Positions 36,986-45,682 of a DNA stretch of 49,299 bases are shown here, one piece after another. The position numbers and the translations under genes were made by a program. The stretch lies in IMG/VR virus record IMGVR_UViG_3300005573_000126, positions 1-49,299 of that record. One strand, written 5' to 3'. The notes beneath the pieces were generated by a model. That model was not told the DNA's origin. It saw only the letters and a program-made list of their open reading frames with translations, and did no database searches. Position 1 is the stretch's first letter, and each line of letters opens with the position of its first letter. The DNA comes from a virus. Its lineage: Duplodnaviria > Caudoviricetes.

Positions 36986-37658
36986 TTAATAAAATTGTTT
37001 CTAAGGTATCAGGTAAAGGGTTAATAAATTCGGGAGCCTTTTCTATTGTTTTGGCAAATTTACAATTTTGCCAATAAATATTTGGTAGATGAAAGGCAAT
37101 ATTTTTATCTTCCAATCTTATGCCCAAAATAAAAATGTTTGAATATTCAGTACCATTGGTTCTTTTTCTTGTACGCCAACAAAATGTTTTACTATGTGAC
37201 CTTATATATTGCCTACAAAAAGCAATAAATAGTATATCACGAAATGTGTACATTTCATTAAATGTATATTTCCCGTTTGATATTAGACCTGTATTACACA
37301 CTTGTGAATCACGAATCATCTTGTTTATATCATGTGCCGTTAATTTATTATATACCTTAGGTTCGGCAATGTAAAGTGCGTTTTTGAGAATATCAACAAT
37401 ATCAACATTATTGTTCATGATTTTTAGCTTTTTGAGCAAATGAGTTTCTTTTGCCAGAATGGCAACCGGTTTCCCTTTGTAATCTTTAAGAACGTAGGCA
37501 CGTGAGCCATTGGCATTCGCTTTATGCTGAGCAATCTTTATTGCCCGCATCAGGGTTTTTTCATTGTGAATTGTTTCGTACAAATCACGTTGATACATCA
37601 ACCATGAATCAATTCTGGCTAATAGCCTAAAAATCATTTTTTTTAACATATTCTGCAA
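36966..37658 (-). CDS. two-domain protein with a degenerate WDGH-like C-terminal domain
   Basis: ISNGKYTFNEMY..R..LF...C, W.T......G...FILGI, IAFHLP...W, KAP. Confidence 0.55.
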   Translation of the reverse strand: MQNMLKKMIFRLLARIDSWLMYQRDLYETIHNEKTLMRAIKIAQHKANANGSRAYVLKDYKGKPVAILAKETHLLKKLKIMNNNVDIVDILKNALYIAEPKVYNKLTAHDINKMIRDSQVCNTGLISNGKYTFNEMYTFRDILFIAFCRQYIRSHSKTFCWRTRKRTNGTEYSNIFILGIRLEDKNIAFHLPNIYWQNCKFAKTIEKAPEFINPLPDTLETILLNETVSD

Positions 37659-37842
37659 TTTTACCGTTTATAGAATCATGTGCAATAATTTTACCTTCTT
37701 TAACAAGCTCGTTCAATTCCTCACGAGGGAAATAACCGAAATGTTGTACCAAATTAATTACGGGATAATATTCCCATTTTTTTTTGACGTAATAATGCCT
37801 TATAATCTGCATTATCTCGTCCTTTACTTTTTGATTGCTCAT
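37627..37842 (-). CDS. small winged-helix-like protein
   Basis: REELNELVKEGKII..DSING. Confidence 0.6.
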   Translation of the reverse strand: MSNQKVKDEIMQIIRHYYVKKKWEYYPVINLVQHFGYFPREELNELVKEGKIIAHDSINGKIAEYVKKNDF

Positions 37843-39812
37843 ATACTCGCTTCTGAAATTTTAGGTATAATGTAGTTCTTCATTTCCCCATATTTGATTT
37901 CAAAAGGTGCCGGCATTTGATAGCATATCCACCTGACACCGGCTGTTACCATAACAAGGTCATCATGATTGCCTTCAACTGCACCCAATTCACCACTTGG
38001 CTTTTCTTCGTAAACATCAAGCTGATGACAGGTTAGAATGTCCCTTTCTATGTAATCACCATCACGAAGACCACCATTTAAACCATCAATAATCATTTCC
38101 TTTGATTTAACATTAGTGTGGAAACCATAAAGACGAGGAAGTCCCTGCCGTATCTGTTCTGGTGTAGTACGGCAATAAAGATTCGGATAGAAATTTACTA
38201 TTTCATCAAGTATTGTCAGGAAGTGGTCTCCGCCGTCACTTTGAGATTTTCGTAAACTGTTTGTTTCAACAGCAAGCAATGCCTGTTCGTAATAATATGA
38301 AAGTTGAGCAGCTCGCCATGCAAAAAGGTCTTGGTCTAAATGCCCCATCCAAACTGCTGCCACTTCAGGAGGCTGTCCCTTTAACATTGGCGCACGGTCA
38401 AGAATCTTTATTGCTGAATAGTCCGCTCTCTCGGTTCTGCCACCTATATCAGCAAATGCACAAAATCTATGTTCAATTTTTTTCACCTCGTCAGGCTTTA
38501 TCCAGATTCTTAAACATCCTTCGCTTGATTCTTCAAGACGAAGGTTCTTAAATGCTTCCATTCCTTTCCTGGCATCACCGTAAATATCACCAACAAATAT
38601 TGGTTCTTTACATGTCTTTCGTGCATTCATAACATAAATGGGAGCAAATACTCTACGACCGGTTGACTGGAATGCTTCAGCATCCGTTGACGGAAATTCT
38701 GATTTCATTCGCCAGTCATCAAAATTATTTCCAATCTTATGCCTTTTGTACCAATTTATGCTTTCAAGCGTTGCACCTAAATTATATAAAAACCAATCAT
38801 AGTCAGTCATCGTATTTATGAATGCCTTGTAGTCGGCAATCGGCAAAACGTAATTTTCGTTTTCCCACCATGCAACAAAAACCGGTTTATAGTCACTCGA
38901 TTTACTTTTAGCACTCAACCATTCGTTGTGGAAAAAGTTTCCGACGCCTTTTGCTGTTGATTCCATTACATTAACAGAGTATGGCACATCAGGTACCGCT
39001 GCCCTGATTGCCTGAACAAGGTCTTGTGGTTCTTTACCTTCAGTTTTTTTCCATAAGCCAACTTCAGATAAATGTGTCATGGAAACGTCAAAAGACCGGA
39101 AGGCATCGGGATTTTGCATACTACCCACACCAATGATGCACCCACGTTCTTTAACCATTTTGATTTTTTGCATGTTCTGCCAGTTGACCAAATGGAACTT
39201 GCCTAATTCAGACGGATATTCCGAAATTAACCGGTTATACATATTCCTTATATTGCGTGCTTGGTGTTCAATATCAGCAATAATAAGACTATGCCAGTTA
39301 GTTTTGTGTATTAGCTGTATCCATGCCATATAAACTTGAACAAGAGTGGAGCCACCCCACTGACGTGCTTTCAATAGAATGATTTTTATAGGCAAGTTTC
39401 TTGTTCTGAGGTCTTCGAGTTCAGCCAATAATTTTCTTTGTGGCTTATTTAATATAAATGGTATAATGCGCTTTGTGTTTTTTTCCTGAATCTTTACTGC
39501 AATTGACGTCCAGTATTCAAAGTCATAGTAAATTCTTGTAAAAGCAAACTGTTTGAAAAATTCAATTAAAAGTTCATCATTATATGTACCTGTCATTTCC
39601 TTGAGTAAACGTTTAACTGACTTTAATTCATACCATTGTTTAACAGTTTCTATTTCAAGCATTTGCTCTGGAACGTAAATAGATTCGTCATTGGCACCAA
39701 TTAGCGGTATCCTTTTGATTAAAGAACCTACACCGAGAGCAGGGTTATATTTTCCAAAAAGGTCTTGTAGCCTTTTTTTATTTTCCAGTTTTATATTGTC
39801 AATATCAACCAT
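37839..39812 (-). CDS. terminase large subunit
   Basis: ILLKARQWGGST (Walker A), HLSEV (Walker B), MESTAKG, FADIGG, DYS, VETN, HDDLVM (RNase H-like nuclease). Confidence 0.95.
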   Translation of the reverse strand: MVDIDNIKLENKKRLQDLFGKYNPALGVGSLIKRIPLIGANDESIYVPEQMLEIETVKQWYELKSVKRLLKEMTGTYNDELLIEFFKQFAFTRIYYDFEYWTSIAVKIQEKNTKRIIPFILNKPQRKLLAELEDLRTRNLPIKIILLKARQWGGSTLVQVYMAWIQLIHKTNWHSLIIADIEHQARNIRNMYNRLISEYPSELGKFHLVNWQNMQKIKMVKERGCIIGVGSMQNPDAFRSFDVSMTHLSEVGLWKKTEGKEPQDLVQAIRAAVPDVPYSVNVMESTAKGVGNFFHNEWLSAKSKSSDYKPVFVAWWENENYVLPIADYKAFINTMTDYDWFLYNLGATLESINWYKRHKIGNNFDDWRMKSEFPSTDAEAFQSTGRRVFAPIYVMNARKTCKEPIFVGDIYGDARKGMEAFKNLRLEESSEGCLRIWIKPDEVKKIEHRFCAFADIGGRTERADYSAIKILDRAPMLKGQPPEVAAVWMGHLDQDLFAWRAAQLSYYYEQALLAVETNSLRKSQSDGGDHFLTILDEIVNFYPNLYCRTTPEQIRQGLPRLYGFHTNVKSKEMIIDGLNGGLRDGDYIERDILTCHQLDVYEEKPSGELGAVEGNHDDLVMVTAGVRWICYQMPAPFEIKYGEMKNYIIPKISEASI

Positions 39813-39813
39813 G

Positions 39814-40002
39814 TCAGCCGAATATTTTTAACATTTTCCTAATTTGATTTGATACGTGTATTGGGTTAAGCCCGTGTTTTTCGGCTAATTTGCCATAAAT
39901 AACTTTCTTTGGAATATAAGCTGACAATTCACCATAAGACTGCATAAGTTCTTTATAGTCTTCATAAAGGCGAATTGATTTATCAGCAATATTTTTTGGC
40001 AT
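39814..40002 (-). CDS. 62-aa HTH/Mor-like protein
   Basis: Start moved to ATG 40002, downstream of the promoter; IYGKLAEKHGLNPIHVSNQIRK. Confidence 0.65.
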   Translation of the reverse strand: MPKNIADKSIRLYEDYKELMQSYGELSAYIPKKVIYGKLAEKHGLNPIHVSNQIRKMLKIFG

Positions 40003-40017
40003 ATACAATCGGTTGTG

Positions 40018-40025
40018 CAAATATA
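40018..40025 (-). promoter_or_regulatory. -7 promoter box TATATTTG for the terminase operon
   Basis: Perfect TAnnTTTG followed by CAC; no clear -33 box at canonical spacing. Confidence 0.55.
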
Positions 40026-40080
40026 GTAAAACGTAGCAAAAAACATACATTTTACGCAATTATTATTTAAACAATTAAAC

Positions 40081-40093
40081 TATTTTAGTTCAA
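40081..40093 (+). promoter_or_regulatory. candidate late promoter element TATTTTAGTTCAA
   Basis: Shared with 18055-18067; 29 nt upstream of the scaffold ATG. Confidence 0.45.
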
Positions 40094-40122
40094 GTTTTTA
40101 TTTAACACAAAGTCAAACTTTT

Positions 40123-41091
40123 ATGAATACAGAATTGGAAAATGAAACTAAAAAAACTGACGAGCAAGCTGAAAAGCCTGCTGAACAAGCTGAAAAGCCT
40201 GCTGAACAAGCTGAAAAGCCTGTCGAGCAAGCTGAAAAGCCTGCTGATGAAAAAGGGGAAGCAGGAGAGCAACCGACTACTGGTGAGGGTGAAATTGAAG
40301 AAATTACGCCTGAACAAGCTACTGAACTCATTAACAATTTAACTGCACAGGTTGAGCAGTTAAAGTCGCTTGTTCTTGGTGACCAGCAATTTGAAAAGCC
40401 TGAAGATGCTTACAATGCTATGCAGCAAAAAATTGCTGAATTGGTGGAGGTCAACAAACGAAACCAAGAAGCAAGCGTAGCTTTGAAGCAATTGTTTGAT
40501 AGAGAACCAGCTGTTGCTGAAGCCATTAGAATGGCAATAGAGGAAGGCAAATCATTCCGGGTTGCTTTGCTTGCCACTCACAACATTGAAGACCTAATCC
40601 CTACCGAAAATGATGCGGATTATGAAGAGTACCAGAAGGTAATGGAGGAAAATGCCAAAAAGGCAAAGCAGATGGAGGAGTTTGAAGCCAAGCTGCATCA
40701 AAATCTTAATGAATCCGCAGAGAATATCAAAAAGTTCTTTGAGGAAAGAAAGATGGACGAAAAGCAGCAGGCTGAGTTTATGAACTTCGTTGACAAATTC
40801 TTGCAGGATGCTTACAGTGGAAAGATTACAAAAGAGTATCTTGACGCAATGCATAAAAGCATGATGTTTGAACAAGAAGTTCAGAAAGCTGAAAAGAAAG
40901 GGGAAATTAAAGGTCTTAACAAAAAAATCGTCGTTCAAAAGGCAACCAAAAAAGAAAATGGAGATGGGTTACCTAATCTTGAAGTTAAAAGCAAGAAAGT
41001 TGAAGAGGAGGAAGGTTTTGTAAAAAGGAATGCTGTATGGATAGACGAGTTAGTAAAAAAGGAACAACAAAAATCAATGTTTTTTAAATAA
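40123..41091 (+). CDS. capsid scaffolding protein
   Basis: Acidic disordered N-terminus, coiled-coil body, directly upstream of the MCP. Confidence 0.78.
   Translation: MNTELENETKKTDEQAEKPAEQAEKPAEQAEKPVEQAEKPADEKGEAGEQPTTGEGEIEEITPEQATELINNLTAQVEQLKSLVLGDQQFEKPEDAYNAMQQKIAELVEVNKRNQEASVALKQLFDREPAVAEAIRMAIEEGKSFRVALLATHNIEDLIPTENDADYEEYQKVMEENAKKAKQMEEFEAKLHQNLNESAENIKKFFEERKMDEKQQAEFMNFVDKFLQDAYSGKITKEYLDAMHKSMMFEQEVQKAEKKGEIKGLNKKIVVQKATKKENGDGLPNLEVKSKKVEEEEGFVKRNAVWIDELVKKEQQKSMFFK
40162..40245 (+). repeat. 4 x 21-bp coding tandem repeat (EQAEKPA)
   Basis: garcaagctgaaaagcctgyy x4. Confidence 0.9.
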
Positions 41092-41126
41092 AACAATTCA
41101 TTAACAAACAATTAAAATTGACAAAA

Positions 41127-42497
41127 ATGAGACAGATTAAATACATTTTGGGAATTTTTGTACTTGCTTTTATTGTTGCAAGTATTTTTGGTGTTACCGG
41201 ACTTTTAGGTCTTGGTAGCGCTGGTGTCATCCTCGCCGTTGGTGCTATTGTAGCCGATTCGTCAAGTGTTCAGAATGCGAAAGCTAAATCGCCTGACCTT
41301 GATAAAGATTACATTTCAAATAAGGTATCGGTAATGAAACCGTCACGTTATCCGCTTGATACTATCTTGCGTGATGCTGGAAGTGTGGTAGATGTACCTT
41401 CAATCAAAACCTCGTACTTCGCCGTTGATACTAAACCCTTTAATGATACGGTAACTACCGGGTACACAAAATCAGGTGATGGGGTGGTTTCTACCGATTT
41501 GGTAGTTGGTAATATTGATATGTGGAGTGTTGACGATACTCTTCTGGCTTATGCTGCCGATGGTTCCGGTTCGCTTAAAGGTGCTCAGGACAATCTTGCC
41601 CTTGTGCTTTATGTAACCGCTATAAATAGAGCTCAGAGTAAAATCACCGTACAGGCACTTAACGGTGATAGTGGTAGCGGTACAACCGCTGGCAAAATTG
41701 TTGTTCCGACTATTGCTAATGGAACCAAGCTGTTTAGGCTGGGTAATGCCAAGAGTGAAAAAGATATTCAGGATACCCCGTACACCGCATTCCCTGCTGA
41801 TGAATACAACTATTGCCAGTCATTTATGGCACAGATAGAAGAAACCACATGGCAGGCAATGCATGAAAAAAATGCCAACTGGTCTTTCAGTGATTTGGAA
41901 GCCTTGAACATTTACGACATGCGTGCCAAAATCGAATCTTCATTCCTGTGGGGTTATCGTACTAAATTCAATGACGTGACTGAACAGGATGAAAAATACA
42001 CTTGCGGTGGCATCCGTAGATTTATCACGAAAGTTTTTGATTATACTAATACGGGTATTACTCAATCCGACTATATAAACATGACAAAAACTGTTTTTGC
42101 AGGTAACGGTGGTTCCGACGTTAGGATTGCCTTTATTGGCAAAACGCTGCTTGCTGGGCTTTCAACAATTAGTGATTTCCAGCGTCAGGTAGGTTCTGGT
42201 AATACTGAAATCGTCAAAGGCGTAACCTTCCGTAAGATTGAAACGAACTTCGGTGTTTTGTACATTAAACATCATCCTATGTTCGACCTTAGGGGATGGG
42301 ATGAAGCCGGAATAGTTATTGACCCTGCTAATATTGAAAAACATGTATTCAAACGCATGGAATCTCTTGACCTTGACCTGAAGAAGGCTGGAGTTCGCAA
42401 TGTTGACGCACGAGTAATTAATGAAGTTTCTTGTCCAATCCTGAGATACCCTGATACTCATTGCTTAATCAGGAAGTCTGGTGCAACCCTGCTTTGA
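41127..42497 (+). CDS. major capsid protein (SU10/DUF5309-like HK97 fold) with hydrophobic N-terminal extension
   Basis: PLDT, YNYCQSF, IE...LWG, TCGGI..FI, IET.FG.L....HPMF; follows the scaffold and precedes a terminator. Confidence 0.85.
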   Translation: MRQIKYILGIFVLAFIVASIFGVTGLLGLGSAGVILAVGAIVADSSSVQNAKAKSPDLDKDYISNKVSVMKPSRYPLDTILRDAGSVVDVPSIKTSYFAVDTKPFNDTVTTGYTKSGDGVVSTDLVVGNIDMWSVDDTLLAYAADGSGSLKGAQDNLALVLYVTAINRAQSKITVQALNGDSGSGTTAGKIVVPTIANGTKLFRLGNAKSEKDIQDTPYTAFPADEYNYCQSFMAQIEETTWQAMHEKNANWSFSDLEALNIYDMRAKIESSFLWGYRTKFNDVTEQDEKYTCGGIRRFITKVFDYTNTGITQSDYINMTKTVFAGNGGSDVRIAFIGKTLLAGLSTISDFQRQVGSGNTEIVKGVTFRKIETNFGVLYIKHHPMFDLRGWDEAGIVIDPANIEKHVFKRMESLDLDLKKAGVRNVDARVINEVSCPILRYPDTHCLIRKSGATLL

Positions 42498-42505
42498 ATT
42501 TGAAT

Positions 42506-42537
42506 GGGTGTGGTTTTTACCACACCCTTTCACTTTT
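42506..42537 (+). terminator. rho-independent terminator after the MCP
   Basis: gggtgtggt-tttt-accacaccc followed by tttcactttt. Confidence 0.75.
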
Positions 42538-42560
42538 ATTAACCTAAAAATAATTAAACT

Positions 42561-43067
42561 ATGGCACTTAAAATTTATCGTTCATTAGTTTATCCTATCT
42601 GGGTAACAAGTGTGATTGTTGACGGTAAAAGTGTACCAGTATCTTTTGAAGGCGGAATGATTAGTCCTTTTAAACGGTATGGTACATTCGGTACGTCTGA
42701 CCCAAAATTGCAGGAGGCTATTGAAAATCATCCGTTGTTTGGCGAGGAAATTGCCATTGATAGCATTGATGGCATTCCTTATCTTGAATATGTACGGATG
42801 AAACAAGAACCACCTACACCTGAAGATAAACCGAATCCTGAAGATAAACCGAATCCTGAAGTAGTTGATGGAACACCGGAAGAGGTAATGGAAAATATGG
42901 TTAAGGAAGAAAAAAGTGTTGAGGAGCATCCTGAAATTACAACAGTAGCCGAAGCAAGGGAATTTCTGCTGATTCATTATAATGACGTAAAGCAGAAAGA
43001 TGTGCTTACAAAATCAAGTATTCGCCAAGTAGCAGAAAGAAAAGGATTATCATTTCCTAACCTTTAA
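42561..43067 (+). CDS. hypothetical head-associated protein with C-terminal HeH/Rho-N-like helix pair
   Basis: T.DP.LQ.AIE.HP.F; PEDKPN 18-bp repeat at 42819-42861; TKSSIRQVAERKGLSFPNL. Confidence 0.65.
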   Translation: MALKIYRSLVYPIWVTSVIVDGKSVPVSFEGGMISPFKRYGTFGTSDPKLQEAIENHPLFGEEIAIDSIDGIPYLEYVRMKQEPPTPEDKPNPEDKPNPEVVDGTPEEVMENMVKEEKSVEEHPEITTVAEAREFLLIHYNDVKQKDVLTKSSIRQVAERKGLSFPNL

Positions 43068-43081
43068 AAAAATGGTTGGCA

Positions 43082-43471
43082 ATGACAAATGAAGAATTAC
43101 AAAAGGAAAATGCTCAATTGAGAGATATTGTTTCAAACTTGAAACACGATGTTATACTTAATCGTGTTTCAAGTTTTGAAATGTTTGTTAAAGATAAATT
43201 TTCAAACATTGAAAAAATGATAGACGAGTTAAGGGGAGGGATTATTGCAGACATAAAAGACCATGAAGAACGAATAAAAAAATTGGAAGAAATAAATGCT
43301 ACATGTCCAATAAAAGAAGTAAAAAATGAATTTGATGCCATTAAGAAAAAAATCACACCTGTTACATTCTTTATTGACAACCCATTACTTTTTAAGTACA
43401 TTGTTGTTGGGTTTCTGACTATAAGTCTTGCAAATTTGGCAATACTTGTTTATTTGAATTTCATAAAATGA
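43082..43471 (+). CDS. coiled-coil protein with C-terminal TM (holin/antiholin-like)
   Basis: IKDHEERIKKLE coiled coil and a C-terminal hydrophobic helix; immediately upstream of the endolysin. Confidence 0.6.
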   Translation: MTNEELQKENAQLRDIVSNLKHDVILNRVSSFEMFVKDKFSNIEKMIDELRGGIIADIKDHEERIKKLEEINATCPIKEVKNEFDAIKKKITPVTFFIDNPLLFKYIVVGFLTISLANLAILVYLNFIK

Positions 43472-43477
43472 TGTGGT

Positions 43478-44182
43478 ATGTATGACTACATGAACATATT
43501 GGACAAGAGAATCAAAAATATAAGTGACAACTATCCTGACACTTACTTAAAAAATCATATATCTGATGTATTACTTTTTATTGATGCCGGTCATGGTGGA
43601 ATAATTGATGGCAAATATGTGACGGCACCCAGCAAAATGTACCAACATAAAGACTTTGTTTTCTATGAGGGAGTTTACAATAGGGCAATAGCATGGGAAT
43701 TGATAACTTTGCTTTATAATGCTCAATTGCCGTATGTACTTGTTACTAAAGACAATAAGGATATAATGTTATCCGAACGAGTAAAGTACATAAATCTTTC
43801 AGCAAAAACCCTGATTTATAAGGGTTATAAGCCATACTTGCACAGCATACATGGCAATGCTTCCGATAATAAGAATGCTACAGGAATAGAAATATGGACA
43901 TCACATGGCGTGACAAAAAGCGATAAAATTGCCGAAATCTATTTTAATGAATACAAGTCAATAGGTTGGAAAATGCGTTCAGATTATTCTGACGAAGATA
44001 ATGACAAAGAATCGAATTTTTATATTTTAAAAAATACCGAAATACCGGCTATACTCAGCGAAATGGGTTTTTATACCAATGAAGAACAAGCCATTAAAAT
44101 GGCTAATGTGTCAACTATTATTGACATAGCAGGGAAAATGTTTACAGCACATTTAAAAGTAATTAAAAACAAGATTATATGA
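43478..44182 (+). CDS. endolysin, N-acetylmuramoyl-L-alanine amidase (Amidase_3)
   Basis: IDAGHGG, E (YEG), L.ER, SIHGNA, G.EIW, FYILKNT..PAILSE.GF. Confidence 0.93.
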   Translation: MYDYMNILDKRIKNISDNYPDTYLKNHISDVLLFIDAGHGGIIDGKYVTAPSKMYQHKDFVFYEGVYNRAIAWELITLLYNAQLPYVLVTKDNKDIMLSERVKYINLSAKTLIYKGYKPYLHSIHGNASDNKNATGIEIWTSHGVTKSDKIAEIYFNEYKSIGWKMRSDYSDEDNDKESNFYILKNTEIPAILSEMGFYTNEEQAIKMANVSTIIDIAGKMFTAHLKVIKNKII

Positions 44183-44415
44183 AAGCAAACTGGAAAAGTT
44201 ATTATAAGCCCACACCGATATTGATGAGAAAAATTGGTGATTCGCTTTTAGCAGTAGCAACATTCGTGAGTACATATGCTATTACACAGAATTATAAAGT
44301 AGTGGCAATTGTTTCACTCATTGTCGGCAGTATTGGTAAATTTCTGACAAACTTTTTTGCTGATGATAATCTTCAGGATAATACTTTAAGCGAACAAAAA
44401 GATGAAAGCCAATAA
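44179..44415 (+). CDS. holin
   Basis: YYKPTP..RKIGD.LL; two TM segments; located in the lysis cassette. Confidence 0.7.
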   Translation: MKANWKSYYKPTPILMRKIGDSLLAVATFVSTYAITQNYKVVAIVSLIVGSIGKFLTNFFADDNLQDNTLSEQKDESQ

Positions 44416-44731
44416 AGTTTTATGGTCTATTTTGATTGCATTATTAGTGGCAGTTATTTACCTTTATTTTACAAACAATAAGGGGATTAAAGTCATTGAT
44501 AATAATGTAATTACATTGCATCATAAAATTGATTCGCTTGAGCAGATTGTAAAGAATTACGATAAAGCCATTGATTCACTGATGATTGTTGGTGATAGAT
44601 ATTCTAAAGAGATAAGCAGAAGCAAAAGTAACATACAGGAATTAAAACTGAAATATAATGAGATTCTTAATGGTATTATTTTTATCAGTGCTGATTCCGT
44701 TGTCGGCTACCTGTCAAAAAGATACAAGTAA
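44402..44731 (+). CDS. i-spanin-like protein
   Basis: N-terminal TM anchor followed by a coiled coil. Confidence 0.65.
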   Translation: MKANKVLWSILIALLVAVIYLYFTNNKGIKVIDNNVITLHHKIDSLEQIVKNYDKAIDSLMIVGDRYSKEISRSKSNIQELKLKYNEILNGIIFISADSVVGYLSKRYK

Positions 44732-45047
44732 ATATGTGATATGCTTTAATGAACGACAGGCAAGAATGATAATGGAAGACGTCATAGCTAAAGATTTGTG
44801 TCAATCTTTAGTAAAAAGCTATGAATCTGAAATTTATATGTATGATAGCCTGTTTGCAGCAAATCGTTCATTGATAACTAACTTATATGATAAAAACGAG
44901 GCTTTAAAAAAGGAGTTAGGAATAAAAGATTCTTTGATTTCTAAGCTGAATGTAAATGCCAATATAGCTGAAAGAGAGATTCAAAAGCAAGTAAATATAA
45001 GAACAGTAATAATGGTTTTTGCCATAATTATAATTTTATTGAAATGA
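44658..45047 (+). CDS. spanin-like partner with signal peptide and C-terminal TM
   Basis: Overlaps the previous gene by 74 nt; MRFLMVLFLSVLIPLSATC|Q; coiled coil; VIMVFAIIIILLK. Confidence 0.6.
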   Translation: MRFLMVLFLSVLIPLSATCQKDTSKYVICFNERQARMIMEDVIAKDLCQSLVKSYESEIYMYDSLFAANRSLITNLYDKNEALKKELGIKDSLISKLNVNANIAEREIQKQVNIRTVIMVFAIIIILLK

Positions 45048-45682
45048 CAAGAGACGAAATAATAACGGGAGTAAAGGCCAGGATGGATGAATTAACTCTT
45101 GGCGAAGAAGAAGCAATATTGTACGTTGGTGACAATATTGAAAAACCATTATACACAGTGATTGATGTAATAATTGATGAATGTGGGCATGATATTTTAA
45201 GAGTGGCGCCGTTGCATTTGTGTCCAAGAAAATCAATTGACCCTGCAACAATGACAATTAATATTAAAGACAAGGTAGCTTATATTCCTGTTCCCTCAGA
45301 TTTTTTACGATTGGCATTTATACAATTTATAAACTGGGAAAGACCGGTTACAAAAACCATTACTATTGAAAGCCTTGAGTATTTATTACAGAAAAACAAG
45401 TTTACACGTGGAGGACTTAGTAAACCGGTTGTGGCTATAACTAATGATAGCGAAACGGGAGAAATGGTTTTAGAATGTTATACGGTTGGAGACCTTACAG
45501 TAAATGACAAACCGATACTGATTTATGTTAGAGCTGTAACTGTTGAAGAAATAGGAGATATTCTATTGAATGCAGTCATGTGGCATTGTGCATCGAAAGT
45601 TTTGAATATCATGGCGAGGCTAAATGAATCGGTTGCAGCCGAACAAAGAGCAACTGAAATCTTAAAAGCATTGATGATATGA
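45044..45682 (+). CDS. head-tail adaptor/tail tubular A-like protein
   Basis: VPSDFLRL, W.RPV, RGG..KPV, AV.W..AS.VL; size and position. Confidence 0.65.
   Translation: MTRDEIITGVKARMDELTLGEEEAILYVGDNIEKPLYTVIDVIIDECGHDILRVAPLHLCPRKSIDPATMTINIKDKVAYIPVPSDFLRLAFIQFINWERPVTKTITIESLEYLLQKNKFTRGGLSKPVVAITNDSETGEMVLECYTVGDLTVNDKPILIYVRAVTVEEIGDILLNAVMWHCASKVLNIMARLNESVAAEQRATEILKALMI

Noticed and set aside
40102-40342. Three overlapping repeat ORFs (LFSR.., SAGFSAC.., KLKSLLN..)
   Set aside because: Alternative readings of the 21-bp scaffold repeat
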